Origin: Phoronis australis
Taxonomy: Eukaryota; Animalia; Phoronida
Reading direction: 5' to 3'
DNA length: 55,525 nucleotides
NCBI GenBank assembly: GCA_002633005.1
Contig: NMRA01000850.1
Location: 1 to 55,525 of the forward strand
Made by a program: the position numbers and the translations under genes. The notes beneath the pieces were generated by a model. The model had not been told where the DNA came from. It worked only from the letters and a program-made list of their open reading frames with translations, and made no database searches. This document shows positions 38,124 to 52,247 of this stretch, in pieces. Position 1 is the stretch's first letter. Each line of letters starts with the position of its first letter.

Positions 38124-38586
38124 CAGATCTCAGATCGCTACCAAAGATTCACCATCTGACTAACCTTCTTGCTTCAAGAGAATGACGTCATTATTTCCAT
38201 GGTCACGTGCTCCTGGGCGGTCTCGTCTTCGTGGTATGACATTTATTTGTACATTTTGCTTGCGTTCATATTTTGTGGTACGTTAAGGTTTTTCTGTACC
38301 ACAGTTTATTGGTGTAAGTGATATATACTTTTTGTACATGTTATAACTCCTGGAATAAATCAGGAAATGTAGATTTATCTTGTTTTGGGCATTATTTTAA
38401 TTTCTTCAGAGCAAAATAAGTGTTTTGATAAAAAAGTTTGCGAAACGCTCTATTGGTAACCAAAATACTCCTGACGAATCGTTTGTAAACTTGACCAACA
38501 TGTGTGAAAAACTGGAATATTTCAATTCCTGGTTCATACTTTATTTAAATGCAGTTTGCAAGAGCCTCGTTTTCAACAGAACCTAC

Positions 38587-41500
38587 CTGTGCACGCGCTT
38601 ATTAATAAACCGATGATGATGGTAGATAAAGCTCCGAGAAAGGGAAGCCACAGATAGGAGATGGTATAGATCTTATTGAATCCAGTACTGGAATTAAATA
38701 CCCGTATATATGTAGTATGTCAGAAAACGTTTGCAACTTTAGGAAGCAAAAACAGAACAATACGTCAATCTCCGAAGACCGTAACATATAGAGATAGAGG
38801 CTTTCAAGAAGTGGCGACTGATCACCGGATACAGTTCAAATGCACCACGTCTAACCACATACATTGTAAAAGGACCTTTTCGAGAAGTCAAAGATTTTCC
38901 TCTATGCATGTGCCACCGGCTACGAAGGCGAAATACCTTGCGTAAAACCTAGTGGGAATAACTCATCAGCTTCCACTGCATCCTTAAACTCTCGCATTGG
39001 ACTTATATACGAATTTAGCCGGCAGAAGTTCACAATTCGTTCTACAATATTTCCTTCCACTTCACTTTAATTAAAATGAAATTAAACGTTAACCACTTTA
39101 GTCAAAACTTCCGATTCGTCCGCTTTCTGAGTCATAAGACAACTCCTACGCTAACATTTGGGGGGTTTGTTACCCCAACGCCTAAGCAAGCTTAATCCAG
39201 ACTGTGACTAACCTGTCCTAATCGATTCACAAATTTACGTGGATTAGCCACGCTGTTGACGAAATTCCAATCGCTAATTTATTATTTTTTTAATGTACCG
39301 ATTTTAAAAATTCGAAGACGGCTAATATTTTCTTTTCAATCTTAAAGTAGCCATGTTAGTGGTTTGCCTGTCTTATGCTTTGTTTCAATTTTTAATTTGA
39401 AACCCTTACACTCAACAGGCGCGTTGGTTTAAGACTTCAATTACCTCTTCTAATCCACATTCAGGTAAGCTCATGAATAGCGACTAGCTCACTTCAATTC
39501 ATGACGGCGACATCGAGCCTTTGCCGATGACTTTGTTAAAAATTCTGGGGTAAACATGGCACTTTTCATCGTCCACTTGCGTGCAAATCCTGTTAGCATA
39601 AGATTTGGCTAATGGTCAAGGTCATCGTGGTAGGTCAATCAAATAAATCTAGTCAAATTTGTTTAAGTAATTGGCTTGGCATGCTGTCTTTGTAAAGGCA
39701 GACACTACTTTAACCGATGAGAGGTTATTTAGCCAAGACATTCTCTTGTTCTTTTAAGATGACCTTTGTCATTGTTGGATTATAGCCACACACATTTACT
39801 CGAATACACCTTGTTCTTATTTACAGCCTGTGTAGACTTATCGGTTCCTGAAAACAGTGATTCAAAGCGGTTGTGTAAACAGTTGTCCACCGTGTCTCTA
39901 TTGGCAGCAGATGTTTACCCAACCTGTTTTGTGCTTTGCCGAGTTCTGAGAATGACCAAATGTTTTTTTTTTTCATTTCTTTCAAAACAACATCAACGTT
40001 TTCAGTAACAAGCAGAATACTAATTTAGCCTATCAAGTTTTATCTTCTGATGGTGCACCAACAAAATGGTCGCCACAGCGGGATGGCCATACATTGGCTT
40101 GACAGTATTGATGGTAAAAGATTCATCACAATTACTTGCAAGGCTGTACTTTACAAAGTGTGCCCGATGTTCTAATAAGATTCAATTGATTCTCTAAATT
40201 GTTGAATAGAAATGAAAGATATTTTTAAACGCAAAATGTCCATTAGAGGGACAAAAACTGGGACAAGCAACAGAGAGGTCTCAAAACATAACAATAGATT
40301 ACATTTGAGTATTATCCGCAGCCGATGTGACGTTAACCGTCGTCCAGCTGAGCGTTGTTTCTGGAGTATTCAAGATAAGTTGACTTGAGTTGACTATACC
40401 CGCTGTGCAGTTTTCTGTGACCGTGGACAGGTAAGTGACGTGCTTTGGAAGGCTGAAATAGGCGCCGAAGCTGATCCACAGAGGCAGAACCAGGCCAAAA
40501 ATTCCTCCAATCACGACGCCCTACAATCAATGTCAGGAACCTTACTCGGATGTTGGCCACGGTTTCGCATAAAACGGACACCGGCGATGAGCTGTGAATC
40601 TCCATTAAAATGTCGTTTATGTGTACCCCCAAATCCCAGGATTGTTCATTAAGAAACATTACGCAAGGGTTCAATTCCTCCCCAGCCACAGCGTGCGTAC
40701 TGTACTATTATATTGTTTTGGCGTACTCAAAATACATCCGACATTTTAAAAGTAAGACGCATGCGCGAATTGTAAAGTTGTTTATGAACTGCTAACGACT
40801 GTCGTTTTACGCTCATCGTTTTACGATGGTTATTTCACGCTCGTTGTTGAGCGTATTTTACTCTCGTCTATTACGAGAGCGTAAGTTAACGGGCGCACTA
40901 CTTTTTCAGAGCTCACATGACCTGATATCTAATCTCTCATTGGTTATGACAATTACGCCCGTAAAACTCAGGCGTGAAAAGCCAGCGTATTATATCGTTG
41001 TCCGCTGGGAAATAACTGACGACAGTCGCACACTCTCCCCTAGTGGCAAACGATACACTAATTACATTTTCACAGATATGATTATGATGCGGGACATCGG
41101 AAATTGACACCTAGTTGTCAGTAACTATTAATTTGTGCATTTGTAAATTACGAAAACTAACGTGAGAGCCGTGCCAAGTTAGTACCAAGGGCAGGTAAAA
41201 TATTACGTTGTCAAAGATAATTTAATACTTGTTGATTTCAAATATTTCTATTACATAGAACTATGAAAAAACACTAATTATTGTTAGAAAGTGTAATTGT
41301 TGTTATATATTCAGAATGCACCACAGTAAATCATGTCAACTTTTTTCTCCCTAGTTTCTCTGAATGTTGGTTGGACGTCCAAGTTGTGCGTGGAATTTAC
41401 ATACATGTCCTTTGTTTGAATTTAAAATCGCACAGTTCCTGGAAATGTAAACACTAATAGTGTCTCTAAAAACTTACCCATTGGTTGACGCAAGGAAAGA

Positions 41501-44500
41501 ATGCACCTAAAATGAACAAGCCCAAGAGTGTTCCTGCCGTGGCACCATTGAAACTGTACGAAGCCTGAAATAGAACGCGTATCGCCCTGTGCACGCACTC
41601 GAAATCATATACGAAAATCGGACTGTGCAGACATAGGTCCGATTATCGTATACGATTTCCTTTGTGTCAATCGAGGAGTTGGAACAAAACCGGTTGTGCT
41701 CTATTTCAACAAACAAATCGTATACGACTTTTTAGATCCAAAAGTCGCCTCGGAACATTTACCTACGCACCCCGATGACGATGAAACTTTCTTTAATACC
41801 ATTTTACTGGATTTGTATTAAAGCTCAACTCTATTCATATTGACTGTTTTTGAAGAAACCTGACAACAGATGGGGGCGGCGACAAAAACGATGACGAAGG
41901 AGATTACCTGAACCAGTTGTCCCTTAAATGTCGACGCCAAGAAAGCCATTCCAACGGCTGCGAGACCAAATAAACACACTGCAACGACAAGTACGGTTTA
42001 GCTTCTTCAAGGCATGAAATGCATGAAACAACGAAAATGCAAAAAAGCTTATTTGGTTCTGGTTTAATTTTGTTGAAAATTGAGTGGTTTTGTTTTTTTT
42101 GGTTGCTCACTTCACATACAAGAAAATGTTGATGCGATACAAAACATTTCACTTGCAATATGGCAAATGATCTTTAATCGCAAAAAATAAATATTTTGCA
42201 GGAAAAATGCGCCCCGGGAATGAAAATAAGAACAATAAGATAACTAAACAAAACGATCGAGCTCAGAGAAGTGACAGTAGGACGAGGAGAAACAAAATAT
42301 TTTAAGGACCGTCTTATTGTGTTCTAGAATTTCCAAGAATTTCAAGCGGCAATAACTTTCGTTCAACCAAATTTTGATTTAGACAACTTATATTTGTAAA
42401 ATTTGTTTCACTTTGTTTCTTAGTCAGATGTGGAGTGATATTGCCTTGCAAAGAACTGACTGTCCGTTATTCCTAGATAGCATGCTCGAGATTCCTCGAG
42501 ACCATGCCCGAGGGACACAATGACACGCAGTGGCGAGTCAAGAGCCTGGTCTTGTGCAATAACGAACCGTCAGTTCTTACCAAGTCTAAAAACGACATCT
42601 CTTAATTTGACTAAGGAACACTTTGAGACCAATTTTATGACGACAACTGGTCTAAATTAAAATTTAGTTCTGTGAAGAAGACATGTCATCACGAGTTAAG
42701 TTTTACAGGCCTACCAATGCCTTTGGTGAACAGAGTCTGTTGCAAATCGGACAGAGATCCCAGCTTCTGTTTGAAAATGTCTTCCCAAAGGTTAGCTGCG
42801 ATTGACGAGAGTGCTGAAGACAAAGAGCTGAAAGAAACATGTCGTCCATTCCAGTATGATATATTGATAATACTTTCGATCATCTTTACAATGTCAGAAA
42901 AATAAGAATAGCATGTTTCTGTGCTCAATCAAGCGACTTATGTTGTTGGAATATACGGGTTAATCAAATGTGAGTACAATTTGTACATTTATAGTAATTC
43001 AAATAATCTCATCTGGCGTTACATCACCACAAAATATGCCGCTAAAAGTTCTGAATATTTTACGAATCATGTAGGAGTTTTTCATTTAGCATTTAAACTC
43101 CTATCTTTGCAACTTAGAATCTTGCAGCAACATTTTATGGATTTTTTTGAGATATTAAAGCGGGGTTTTCGTTAAAATGACCGATGCACAGGGCAAGAAC
43201 ACGCACTCAGTTTCAATTGATTCAACTATTCCCACTAATCGCTGCGCCACCTGCAGGCGGACAGATAACGTACATGACGCCAGCAAAAGGCGCACCAGGC
43301 TCACAACTTGAGAGACACAAAGCATTTCAACTCAGCTGATTCAACTATTCCAACTAATTGATACGCCATCTGTGGGCTGGTAGATAAGGTACATGACGTC
43401 ATCAACAGACTCACAATTTTAGAACCACCAAACACGCATTTCAAGTAATTCAACTATTCCTACTAATCGCTGCGCCACCTGCCCACAGGCAGATAACGGA
43501 CATGACGCCAGCAAAAGGCTCACCATGAGAAAAGCTCGCCTGGTCTCTAGCTACAGCAGTACAGCTCTCGAACTGCTGTTATATTTATTGTTGGTGACAT
43601 TTTTAGATGCTGTACATAATTAGTCTAGTTAAACACAATGTTATGTAATTTTATTGACTGGTGAATAATTAATTAAACGTATTGGTTGTTTACCAAAATT
43701 TGTGACCTCCTAGGAGTGCATGGGAAGTGATTCACCACATGTCTTTTACCAGTTGTGGAATTTTTATAATAACAACTGTGCCTTGTTTTGCTAGTTGTGT
43801 AACTTAAAGTCTTTGAAAACCTGTCAGCTTTAGGGTGAGGCTTTTTGGACAACAAAAATAATCTGTCATTTGTCCATCGGAACTACTCAACTCTTGATTG
43901 TTCTACACCATATTTAGTAATGGATTGGGTTCATTGTTAGAGTCCAGTAACTTTATTCAGAGAATTGTTTTTATGACAGAACTGTTTCAGTTGCGCAATT
44001 ATATGTTCCAGTATAAGTTGGTTATGCAGACGTCACTGGTGTCATCCATTTAAATGAACACCTGTTAGTAGAACAAGACACAAAATAATGTCAGTGTTTA
44101 ATGAAGTTGGCAACTGTTGCCAAGAGAATCTTAGACATTATTAACCTAAATAAGCAATTGTGTTTATTCATAATTTGTATTTTTTCATTTGAATGTGTAA
44201 ACTAAAATGGTCACTACAATGAATTTAACCAAAGTAAACTAATTCTCCATTTTCGTACAGGTATTAAAAGAAACACTCTGAACAAGCTTACTGTACATTT
44301 TATATGCATCCCAAAATGAGACTGAAGCTAAGCAAGGTGGCCTTACAGCTTAGAAATACGCTGATGTCACATTTTTATAAACTTTTCTTTTGTCATGGTA
44401 AAGTACAACCTGTAAATTCATTCGAGAATTCAGGGCCTTTTGTTGCTACCATCATCATTGTGTTCGCTCACAAACTATGTTTTGACTATACATTTTCAGT

Positions 44501-47500
44501 CAAACGTTCCACATATGTGCTTGGTTAACAACACTGAAGTGAACAGGTCAAACACACAGTTGTGTCATATGGCAGTAATTGTATTGCTTCAGTTCCTAGA
44601 ATCCCACGTAAATAGTCTGCATGTGTCTTTTTATTCTATTTGTTGTGATACTGTGAGTTGTGACCTACAACCACTTCAGATAGGAACTGAGACTGATTCA
44701 TATGTGACAGTGGAGATAAAACCAGGAAAAATAGATAGGGAATTTCAGTCCCAAGACGGACCACCAAAGTACCCTTCCAACACATTAAAGCTCCGTCATT
44801 AAGAGAAGAGAAAATAGCGATGCATGAACTCAGGGTACCTATAAATAAATGCTCTTTCGTTAATGCCTGTTCTAAATCATCCAGGGTATTTGTTTTATTT
44901 TCTGTAGTTAATGGATTGAAGACAACGAAAAGTAAATATAGCTGTAAACAACAGTTTGCCTACCGGTACATGAAACTTAATTCTTTCTCAAGGAGATCTT
45001 ATCACACACAGAGAAGAGGATCAGATGATGGCAAAAAAGTAACGCAAAATGACAGGAAATGGTGGCAAACTCCCAAAGAATTATATCCTCTCTCACAAAG
45101 TCTTGATTAGCTATAAAATCGCACTTTTGTTTGATTCTTATGACAGCAAATCAAAGTATCCCCTGGCCTTAAAAGTGGCAGTCCCAGGTGGTCTTCTGGT
45201 TGTTTCCTACTTTATTTTAGATTCTGTTGCAGGAAACACGCCTAAAATCTGAAAAACTACAATTCTCCGAAAAAAGCTGTACTCTGAAGTTTCTGAAGAG
45301 TTTTCTATAAATGAAAACAATTTGGTTATGGAAAAAAGTTCATTTCACTAATAAAACTTACTGAGTGGACTAAACAGAAAGAAAAGGTCAAAATTCCAAC
45401 TGCTAAACACTTGATCAACTTAAGAATAATGAAAACAAAAAAATATTAATTTACAGGCGACATTTAAAAATCTTGTTTGAGAAAAAGAAGAATACTCCAC
45501 TCTATATGGAGCGTGAACAACTCAGATTATTCTAGCGCAAAAACAAGTTCCTTGGTTATTTGGACGTAAAGTCATATATAGGTCAGATTCTTCTGCATTT
45601 TCATCAAATTTGTGCATTGCTACAATATTGTAATTTTGTTCCTGTTCTACATCAGTTTGTCATATTCTGATCTACACCACTATACTTCTAATTAAATAAG
45701 TGAAATACAATTACCGTTATTCTGCATCCATGTTATTTTGATCATTGTTTGCAGTTACCTCTGGTGAATGTTAAAGTTTTACAATGTATTCAGTTCCTGA
45801 AATTTTTGTTCAAATTGTGTCTCATTAGTTGCTCGCCACTATTTCTTGTATAAAAAGTTATGAAGAAAGGGAGATTGTTTATTTTATACAAGCTTAGATG
45901 TTAGAACTATAAGCGGTATTTGATTTTACTGTCTTTTCTTCAAGTTGGACTTTCCTGAGTACTGATTTGATCTGTAGGTTTTGAAAATTTTCCAATGACG
46001 TTGTGTAACTTTTTGTTTAACATCGGTATAAATAATAATGCGATTCTGAGTATATGTTAAAACTGGTATTTCGTGTTTTCATTTGTTTCACTGGTTCATC
46101 TATATAATCCCCGGTGTTCGCATTTACTACAGTAAGCTTGGTTATAAACTGTCCTTTTGGTTTATATCCCTCAAACTGTTTATTAAACTGATGCAGCTGG
46201 TCAAAAGTAGTTCACGTCCATCCGTTCACGTGTGGTTTTGGAGTATGGGTCTGATCTGTCTGTAAGCAATTAGTCCGGTGCTTATTGTACTTAGATATTG
46301 TTTATGATAAGGGTTTTCAGATTTTGAGACTAGGCGAACAATCCTCATGAATTTGAGAGACACCAAATACGCGCATTTCAACAAATTCAACTATTCCCAC
46401 TAATCGCTGCGCCACCTGCAGGCAAGTCAGTGTCACTCATGTCTTTCTTTCTCACAATGCCAGTAATACTTCAGATGGCGCTACAATTGGTAGAGTTAGT
46501 TGAATAGCTCAAAGCTGGACAGATAGGGCTTAGGATTTGTTGGATTCAACTAAAATCAACTAATTCAACTATTCCTAGTAATCGCTGCGCCACCTGCAGG
46601 GGCAGTTTTATAACGAACATGATGGCAGCAACAGGCTTGCATCAGTGGTGATGGCAAAGTTGGGATTAAATGGATACAATTAAACATTCTAACATGTGTG
46701 GTGTTTAGGCCAATGAGGGGATAGAAATATCGCTGGTCGTGTAATATTAAGGTACAAGAATGAAGTGTGATATCTTACGGGCATAAATACGGGAAGTCTC
46801 GAAGTATCTGCACATGCGCATTTACCTTAGAGCCCCGCAGAACAGAGCAGCTACAAAGAGACCCGGAAAGCCAGGGTAGTTGAGGACTTCCATTACAAAA
46901 TATGGAACCAATTGGTTTGGATTGCTGATGTCTCCATTCGCAATAGGGTCGCACCCTTTTTCCACGTAGTAAGCATATATTGGTAATCCTGCCAAGCACG
47001 TTATCGTGACCAATGTAAACAGAAGGGGTATATTTAACAGCACAACTCTGAAATTAAATGCAGAACCTCTGTTGATCTCCCTTTCATATGTCCTTCATGT
47101 CAGGCAAGTTAAATATGCGCGTTTTAATACTTATCCACACCCTTAAATAACGTTTTCTCTAAAGTATGTGTGCAATCTAAAATATACACATCATTGCAAC
47201 CCTGTCTTTCCCCCAGATAAAGGTACACTTTATGGATAGCGCGCGATGTCGTCATCTCGATGAATTAGTGGAAGTCGTTCACGTGCATTGCTGGTTAAGT
47301 ATTGAGCTGCGTTCCGTACGTGTACAATGAAGGAAAAGTTCACGTCCTTATGACATATCGACAAGCATTGCAGGCCAACCACATGATCTTATTACTATTC
47401 ACTCGTGTCTTGCTTCTCGAAGCAGGCCCCCGGTTTATAAACTAGTTAAGTCTACCGAGGGAATCACTGTTAGCAAAGTGACATGGATAAACAAGGATGT

Positions 47501-50500
47501 GTCATGTCGTAGCTCGAAGTCCTACATTTCTATAAAGAGCCTACTCTATGATGCGGTACCAGAAAATGGTCAACGAAATCACAACTAAAACATTCCAAAA
47601 AGGATAAAACTTACATTTGTGCTTCCCTTCGTGTCTGTAAGGCACTGTATCTTTGTACAGATGGCTGATTTACACCGTAAACTCCCGTCCATAGAAATGC
47701 TTGAGCGATGACCAGACCCCACGTTGTATGGCGGACAGTTGGGTCGAAGTTGAAACTAGATCAAAGGAAAAATTTTGAATAATACAATGTCATTTATTCT
47801 ACCCTTAAGTACCATGGAGTTTGTAGTGCCCAGTTAGTAAATAAATAACAAACTGTGTTAACATCATCGGTGCTGGATTATCTATTAAGCCAACTAGAAG
47901 GTTAATAGCGAAGCTTGGGTCGCCAATGCAAGGCTTCGCGAGATATTTCCAAGATTACACGGGAAGCAAGTGATCACAATAGCTTTACTCGCAAGTGTCT
48001 TGGATCTAAGGAACGCAGTCCAGGCGTCTCCACAAACAAAATTTATACCGTGCTGCGTGAAAAATTTGCCAGCAGCAGAGGGGGAGGGTGTCACTCAAAA
48101 TTAAAATAGTGAGATGTGGCAACCGGAGAAAGGCAACTGAAATCAAAACAAGGCCAACAGACTTTACCAGTTTAGAAACCCGACACTTTTTTCTGCTTTG
48201 ATCATTGTAACCATCCACAACTTTTGTTTTTGTTTTGGGTTACAAGTCACTAACTTAACGAAAACGACACTCAAAATTGATCGGACAATTCCTTGCCTAG
48301 ATTAGCAAAATGACCACCATTGCAACGATTGGTCGGCCCCGGTAGAATGCTGAATTACGTGTATGGGGGAAGTTCATAGTTTCCGTTTTATAAAAGAAGG
48401 ATTGTCAGCGAATGTGCCAATGTCTTGCTTTACAGGAAACAGCATGGGTTTCGTTTCTGTTTGAAGACTTATTGTTACGAATTAAAAGACAACCAAAGAA
48501 TACACTGTGTCGCCTGCATGTTTCACAATCTTAGAACTAGGACAAGAAGACACAGCGTAAGGCGCGTAACAGTGAGGTTGAATGCACAAGAGCGTGACGT
48601 GTGTACACCAACTTGAATGAACAGTATGGTGAGCAAGCGGTGTTCCTTACTTGAAAAATTCAATTCTTCCTCCGTTGACGTTTATCTCCCAAACTCTTCC
48701 AATTCCTCCAACTTTAATACATCCCTGTGAAAAATTTTTATGAAGAATTAAAGAAATGTCATTAAAGATATACCATTAACAAGTCGTAGTCTCTTCATTA
48801 TGTAAAATTCAACGCATTTAGGATCCATTAAAGATACCGCACAACGGTTTTTTAGGATCATTCAGTGCAGTGTTTGCTCATTTCATTGTGAAACCAGCTC
48901 ATCAAAGTATAGGGCGAATTTTGATAGTAATTTTGGGAAAAAAGATTTTGAAAATTCAGACCAAAAAGTTTCCATTGTCCGTTAAGGTGTGCTAGGGGGT
49001 GATTTGAAAACGAAATCTGTAATTTGTTAAGAAAATGCCCAATTTCAAACGACCTCTATACGATACTCTTAGTAAAGGATGAAAAGCTTGGTAACGTGGC
49101 TCTTTATTTTTAGGCGAACTGCAACGCACACCTCCCAGTAGCTATCATGTCTGAACTGATAAACCGTTGACAAAATATAGTAGAATTAATGTTCAGCATG
49201 CACATGTCTCGTGTTTAGCAAAGACCGTGCGTCGTCGAAGTTCCGTATATATGTTGTTATTTCGGTGAAATGGCTCCTGTTTTGAAATTTGTTACCTGAA
49301 TTAAAACTGCAATAATCCCTCCAAACATGATGACGGCTTGAAACACGTCAGTCCATATAACCGCTTTCATGCCACCCTGAAACGCAATGCAACGACTGAC
49401 AAGTCCACGTTTCTGAATTTACACGAATAGCTTCATCAAAGCGTTTCACTTTATTGTCTGTATGTACTGCGTTCTAATTTAGCCAATGGATAGCGGAAAA
49501 CATGGTTCCAAACGTTTTCACTCTTTTGATTATGAAGTAACTTAAAATCAATTATAGCGCTTTATAAGTGCTATTTCCAATTGCAGTTTACGCGTCTGGT
49601 CATTTTAAGAACACATTTCGTCAAAAAGTCCATCTCTGAACTCTATTTTCCGAAACGTTATATAGCCGATAGATTAAAACCACGTGTTTACTGCTTTCAC
49701 AGAACAACGATAAAAGTCTTTTTCTTTTAAGCCGCATTCAAACAAATAAATCAAAATTATAAACTTGAAACCTCAGAACTATTTCCGCGGTGAATCTAGC
49801 TTAAAAATGACCAAAGGCCTCCAGTCAGTCCACAGTATAACAGTGTCAAGTTAGGAACGCCGATGACAAGCCACATCAAAATGTTAAACGATCATCAGTC
49901 GTGATCACTGCTTGACTTCTTAGGCCTACTTACCAATGTCGTGTAGAAAGTGACAACGCTGCCGACAATTATGATGGATGCCCAAGCCGGAAATCCAGTC
50001 ACTACAAATTTTCAAATAAAACAACACATCGTTAAAAATTTAAAAAGATCTTCCTGCTACTTTTAATTTTTCGAAAAAACCAACAAAACACTCACTTAAT
50101 GCTGGTTGGTTAATAAGGTTAAATATTCTGATTTGTCTTTTGCAGAGGCTGGTCATGTGCAATCTCAACAAGCATGTGATTGTGTTTGTGTTTGTGTCTG
50201 GATCGGAATACTTCTTCAATGCATTCGTCACTAATACAGCACGCTCAACGGATTACCGTACAATGGTAGATGTCACAGAAAAAAACAAGGAGTTTGTTTG
50301 AGAATGAGTGCATGGAACTCGTTCACAGTGAGATGTTCAAGTGTCCTGCAATCCGGAAGTCCTGCTCACTCTGGTACCCGTGGTAGACTTAAGTCTAGAT
50401 TCTGCCACGGGTACCAGCGAACGATTAGTCATAACCAATGTGAGATAAATAAACATATACGTAGATCACTGATCATAACTCTCGTGTGTGCTTTATCGGC

Positions 50501-52247
50501 GGATTCACAGTCGTATGAACGAATGCAAAGTGATACAATGAGTTGCTATAAATTTCGTTATTCTACTATAATCTGAGCGTGATGTGTATACCAACGACAT
50601 ACGGATTTGTTCGTGCATAGCCACGGAGGCGAGCGTAATGCACTCATATGAACGAGTGCAATGCACGCATTCTCAAAAAAAAGTTGGCTTTCCATAGTTT
50701 TCACCCATGGACTTGGGAGAGCTGTGAGTTGCATTATTACGTTAACTCTTTCATACGATTATTGTTAATAAAGCGTGCATACTACCTGCTTCTAATGCGG
50801 TTGATGGAGCGTAGAGCGATATGCCCATATACATGACCTTAAAAACAAAAATTTTATTAAAAACAAATTAAAATCATCATACATTTAAAACCAGATTATT
50901 TATGTTTACAGGAAATATTTGTGTTCGAGCAAAAATTTTACGAAGAAGACGCCAGGTAAATATTTTGAGATGTCATAGGTACAGCGTTTCCTAAAGTCTG
51001 TCATGTTGAATTTTATCCTTTATTCAAATATATACATATCGGCATAGGCCCAAGTATAACATATACAAGACAGCACATTATCAGGTATTTAAATCGACCA
51101 TGAACCCAGTTTCCATTGGTGAAATTGAAGTTTTGGCATTAAGACCACTTACTGTTGTCAACTTGTTCCATACTCAGATGAGAGGTAGTTTTTGGTCTTG
51201 CAAGGAACTGACAGTTCGCATCATTATGGCTAGGCCACTAAAATGACACGGCGTGACAAGTCAACGTGTAGTCTCGAGAAATAACGAACTGCCAATTCTT
51301 TCTTAACCCGGAGATCACACCTATTTTGACAAAGAAACGATTTGAGCAAAGATGACGAGTGGTCTGAATCAAAAACTGATTTCTGTAACAGGAGCCGGGT
51401 TTATAGCCGAGTGCAATAATCCAAATTCCGCGTCAACTTACCGACGCCAACACTGAGCAGACATTGCCAGTCAAACGGGCTGCTTTGGACTTGAATCGTA
51501 ACTCCAAGTACTAAACGAAAAATAAAAAGAAGCATGGTGTTGAAAGAACTTGCCTCTAAAGGCTGAAGTAGGGGGTTCGAGCACAAATCCAAACCTTGAC
51601 TTCGGTGGAAAAGTCATTTTCTAAAACTGACACGGCGGGGGCGGGCACGGCGGTAGCAACATAGTAGGAGTAGTAGTAAATTCAGTACAACCAGGAAGGC
51701 ACTGACAGTCCTCTGGTAATACCTTACCGTGATAGAACGAAGTAATAGCTATGCGATGGGCAGTGTACTAGAGGAGCTATAAGCACTTGGGCAGCGCAGC
51801 ACTGAAAAAAGTGGGGGCCGGTGGCTATAGCCCGGCCTCCAGTCCCCTATGGTGCGACCGCCATGATAAGTGGTTCAGTAGCAGATGTATAATAACTTCA
51901 TGATTTACCTCATAGGCACTTGTGAGTTTCAGAGGATACAGGAGAGGAACAAATATCACCGCTGACAACAAGCAAGCCAACATCATGCCAACGACAGACA
52001 TCCACTGCTGCGTTCCTCGCGTGTACATCTCAGCGGGATAACCTAGAGTGGAAACGGCTGACATGTAGGAGACGAGCAAAGAGAGTGTCACTGGACCCAC
52101 TTTCATTGTCCGATTTGCCATGAGATATTCTTTGTTGGTTTTCTGTCTGCCACCCGTGCACGCATAAAATAATCCTATACTGGCAGAAATTACTAAGACG
52201 ATAATGAACACGACATAGTCTGCAATATGAAACTGTGGCTGCCCCAT
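38587..52247 (-). CDS. SLC5A8: Sodium:solute symporter, SLC5A8/SLC5A12/SLC5A5 subfamily (sodium-coupled monocarboxylate transporter-like); 13 exons resolved, terminal exon uncertain
   Basis: Exons 52247-51909, 51510-51442, 50837-50786, 50001-49934, 49376-49296, 48724-48651, 47755-47615, 47047-46826, 42827-42715, 41978-41908, 41564-41478, 40520-40303, 38687-38587 (1636 nt, 545 codons +1; all GT-AG and phase-consistent). Motifs: EYLMANR, SAYEYLELRF, GGMKAVIWTDVFQ, GVNQPSVQRY, GCDPI, YPGFPGLFVAALFCGALS. The CDS continues into a further exon between about 36.5 and 38.35 kb. The symbol indicates subfamily, not proven orthology. Confidence 0.9.
43200..43525 (+). repeat. Three tandem units of about 110-120 bp (further copies at 46360-46640)
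   Basis: The unit ttcaactattcc(c/t)actaatcgctgcgccacctgc...agataacg(t/g)acatgacg(c/t)ca starts near 43221, 43340 and 43449. Two direct copies and one inverted partial copy lie at 46386, 46564 and about 46470-46505. Confidence 0.8.
43541..44143 (+). repeat. Dispersed repeat, copy 1 (copy 2 at 53488-54079)
   Basis: 43541-43588 matches 53488-53536 (hairpin acagcagt...actgctgt) and 44000-44143 matches 53935-54079. The blocks keep the same order and similar spacing. Confidence 0.75.
50293..50682. mobile_element. MITE in SLC5 intron 3
   Basis: Inverted ends tttgtttgagaatgagtgcatggaactcgttca and tgaacgagtgcaatgcacgcattctcaaaaaaa. Confidence 0.65.

Noticed and set aside
40790-41010. Cluster of TTACGC/GCGTAA motifs in an SLC5 intron
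   Set aside because: Probably a decayed MITE, but I could not define termini or a TSD.
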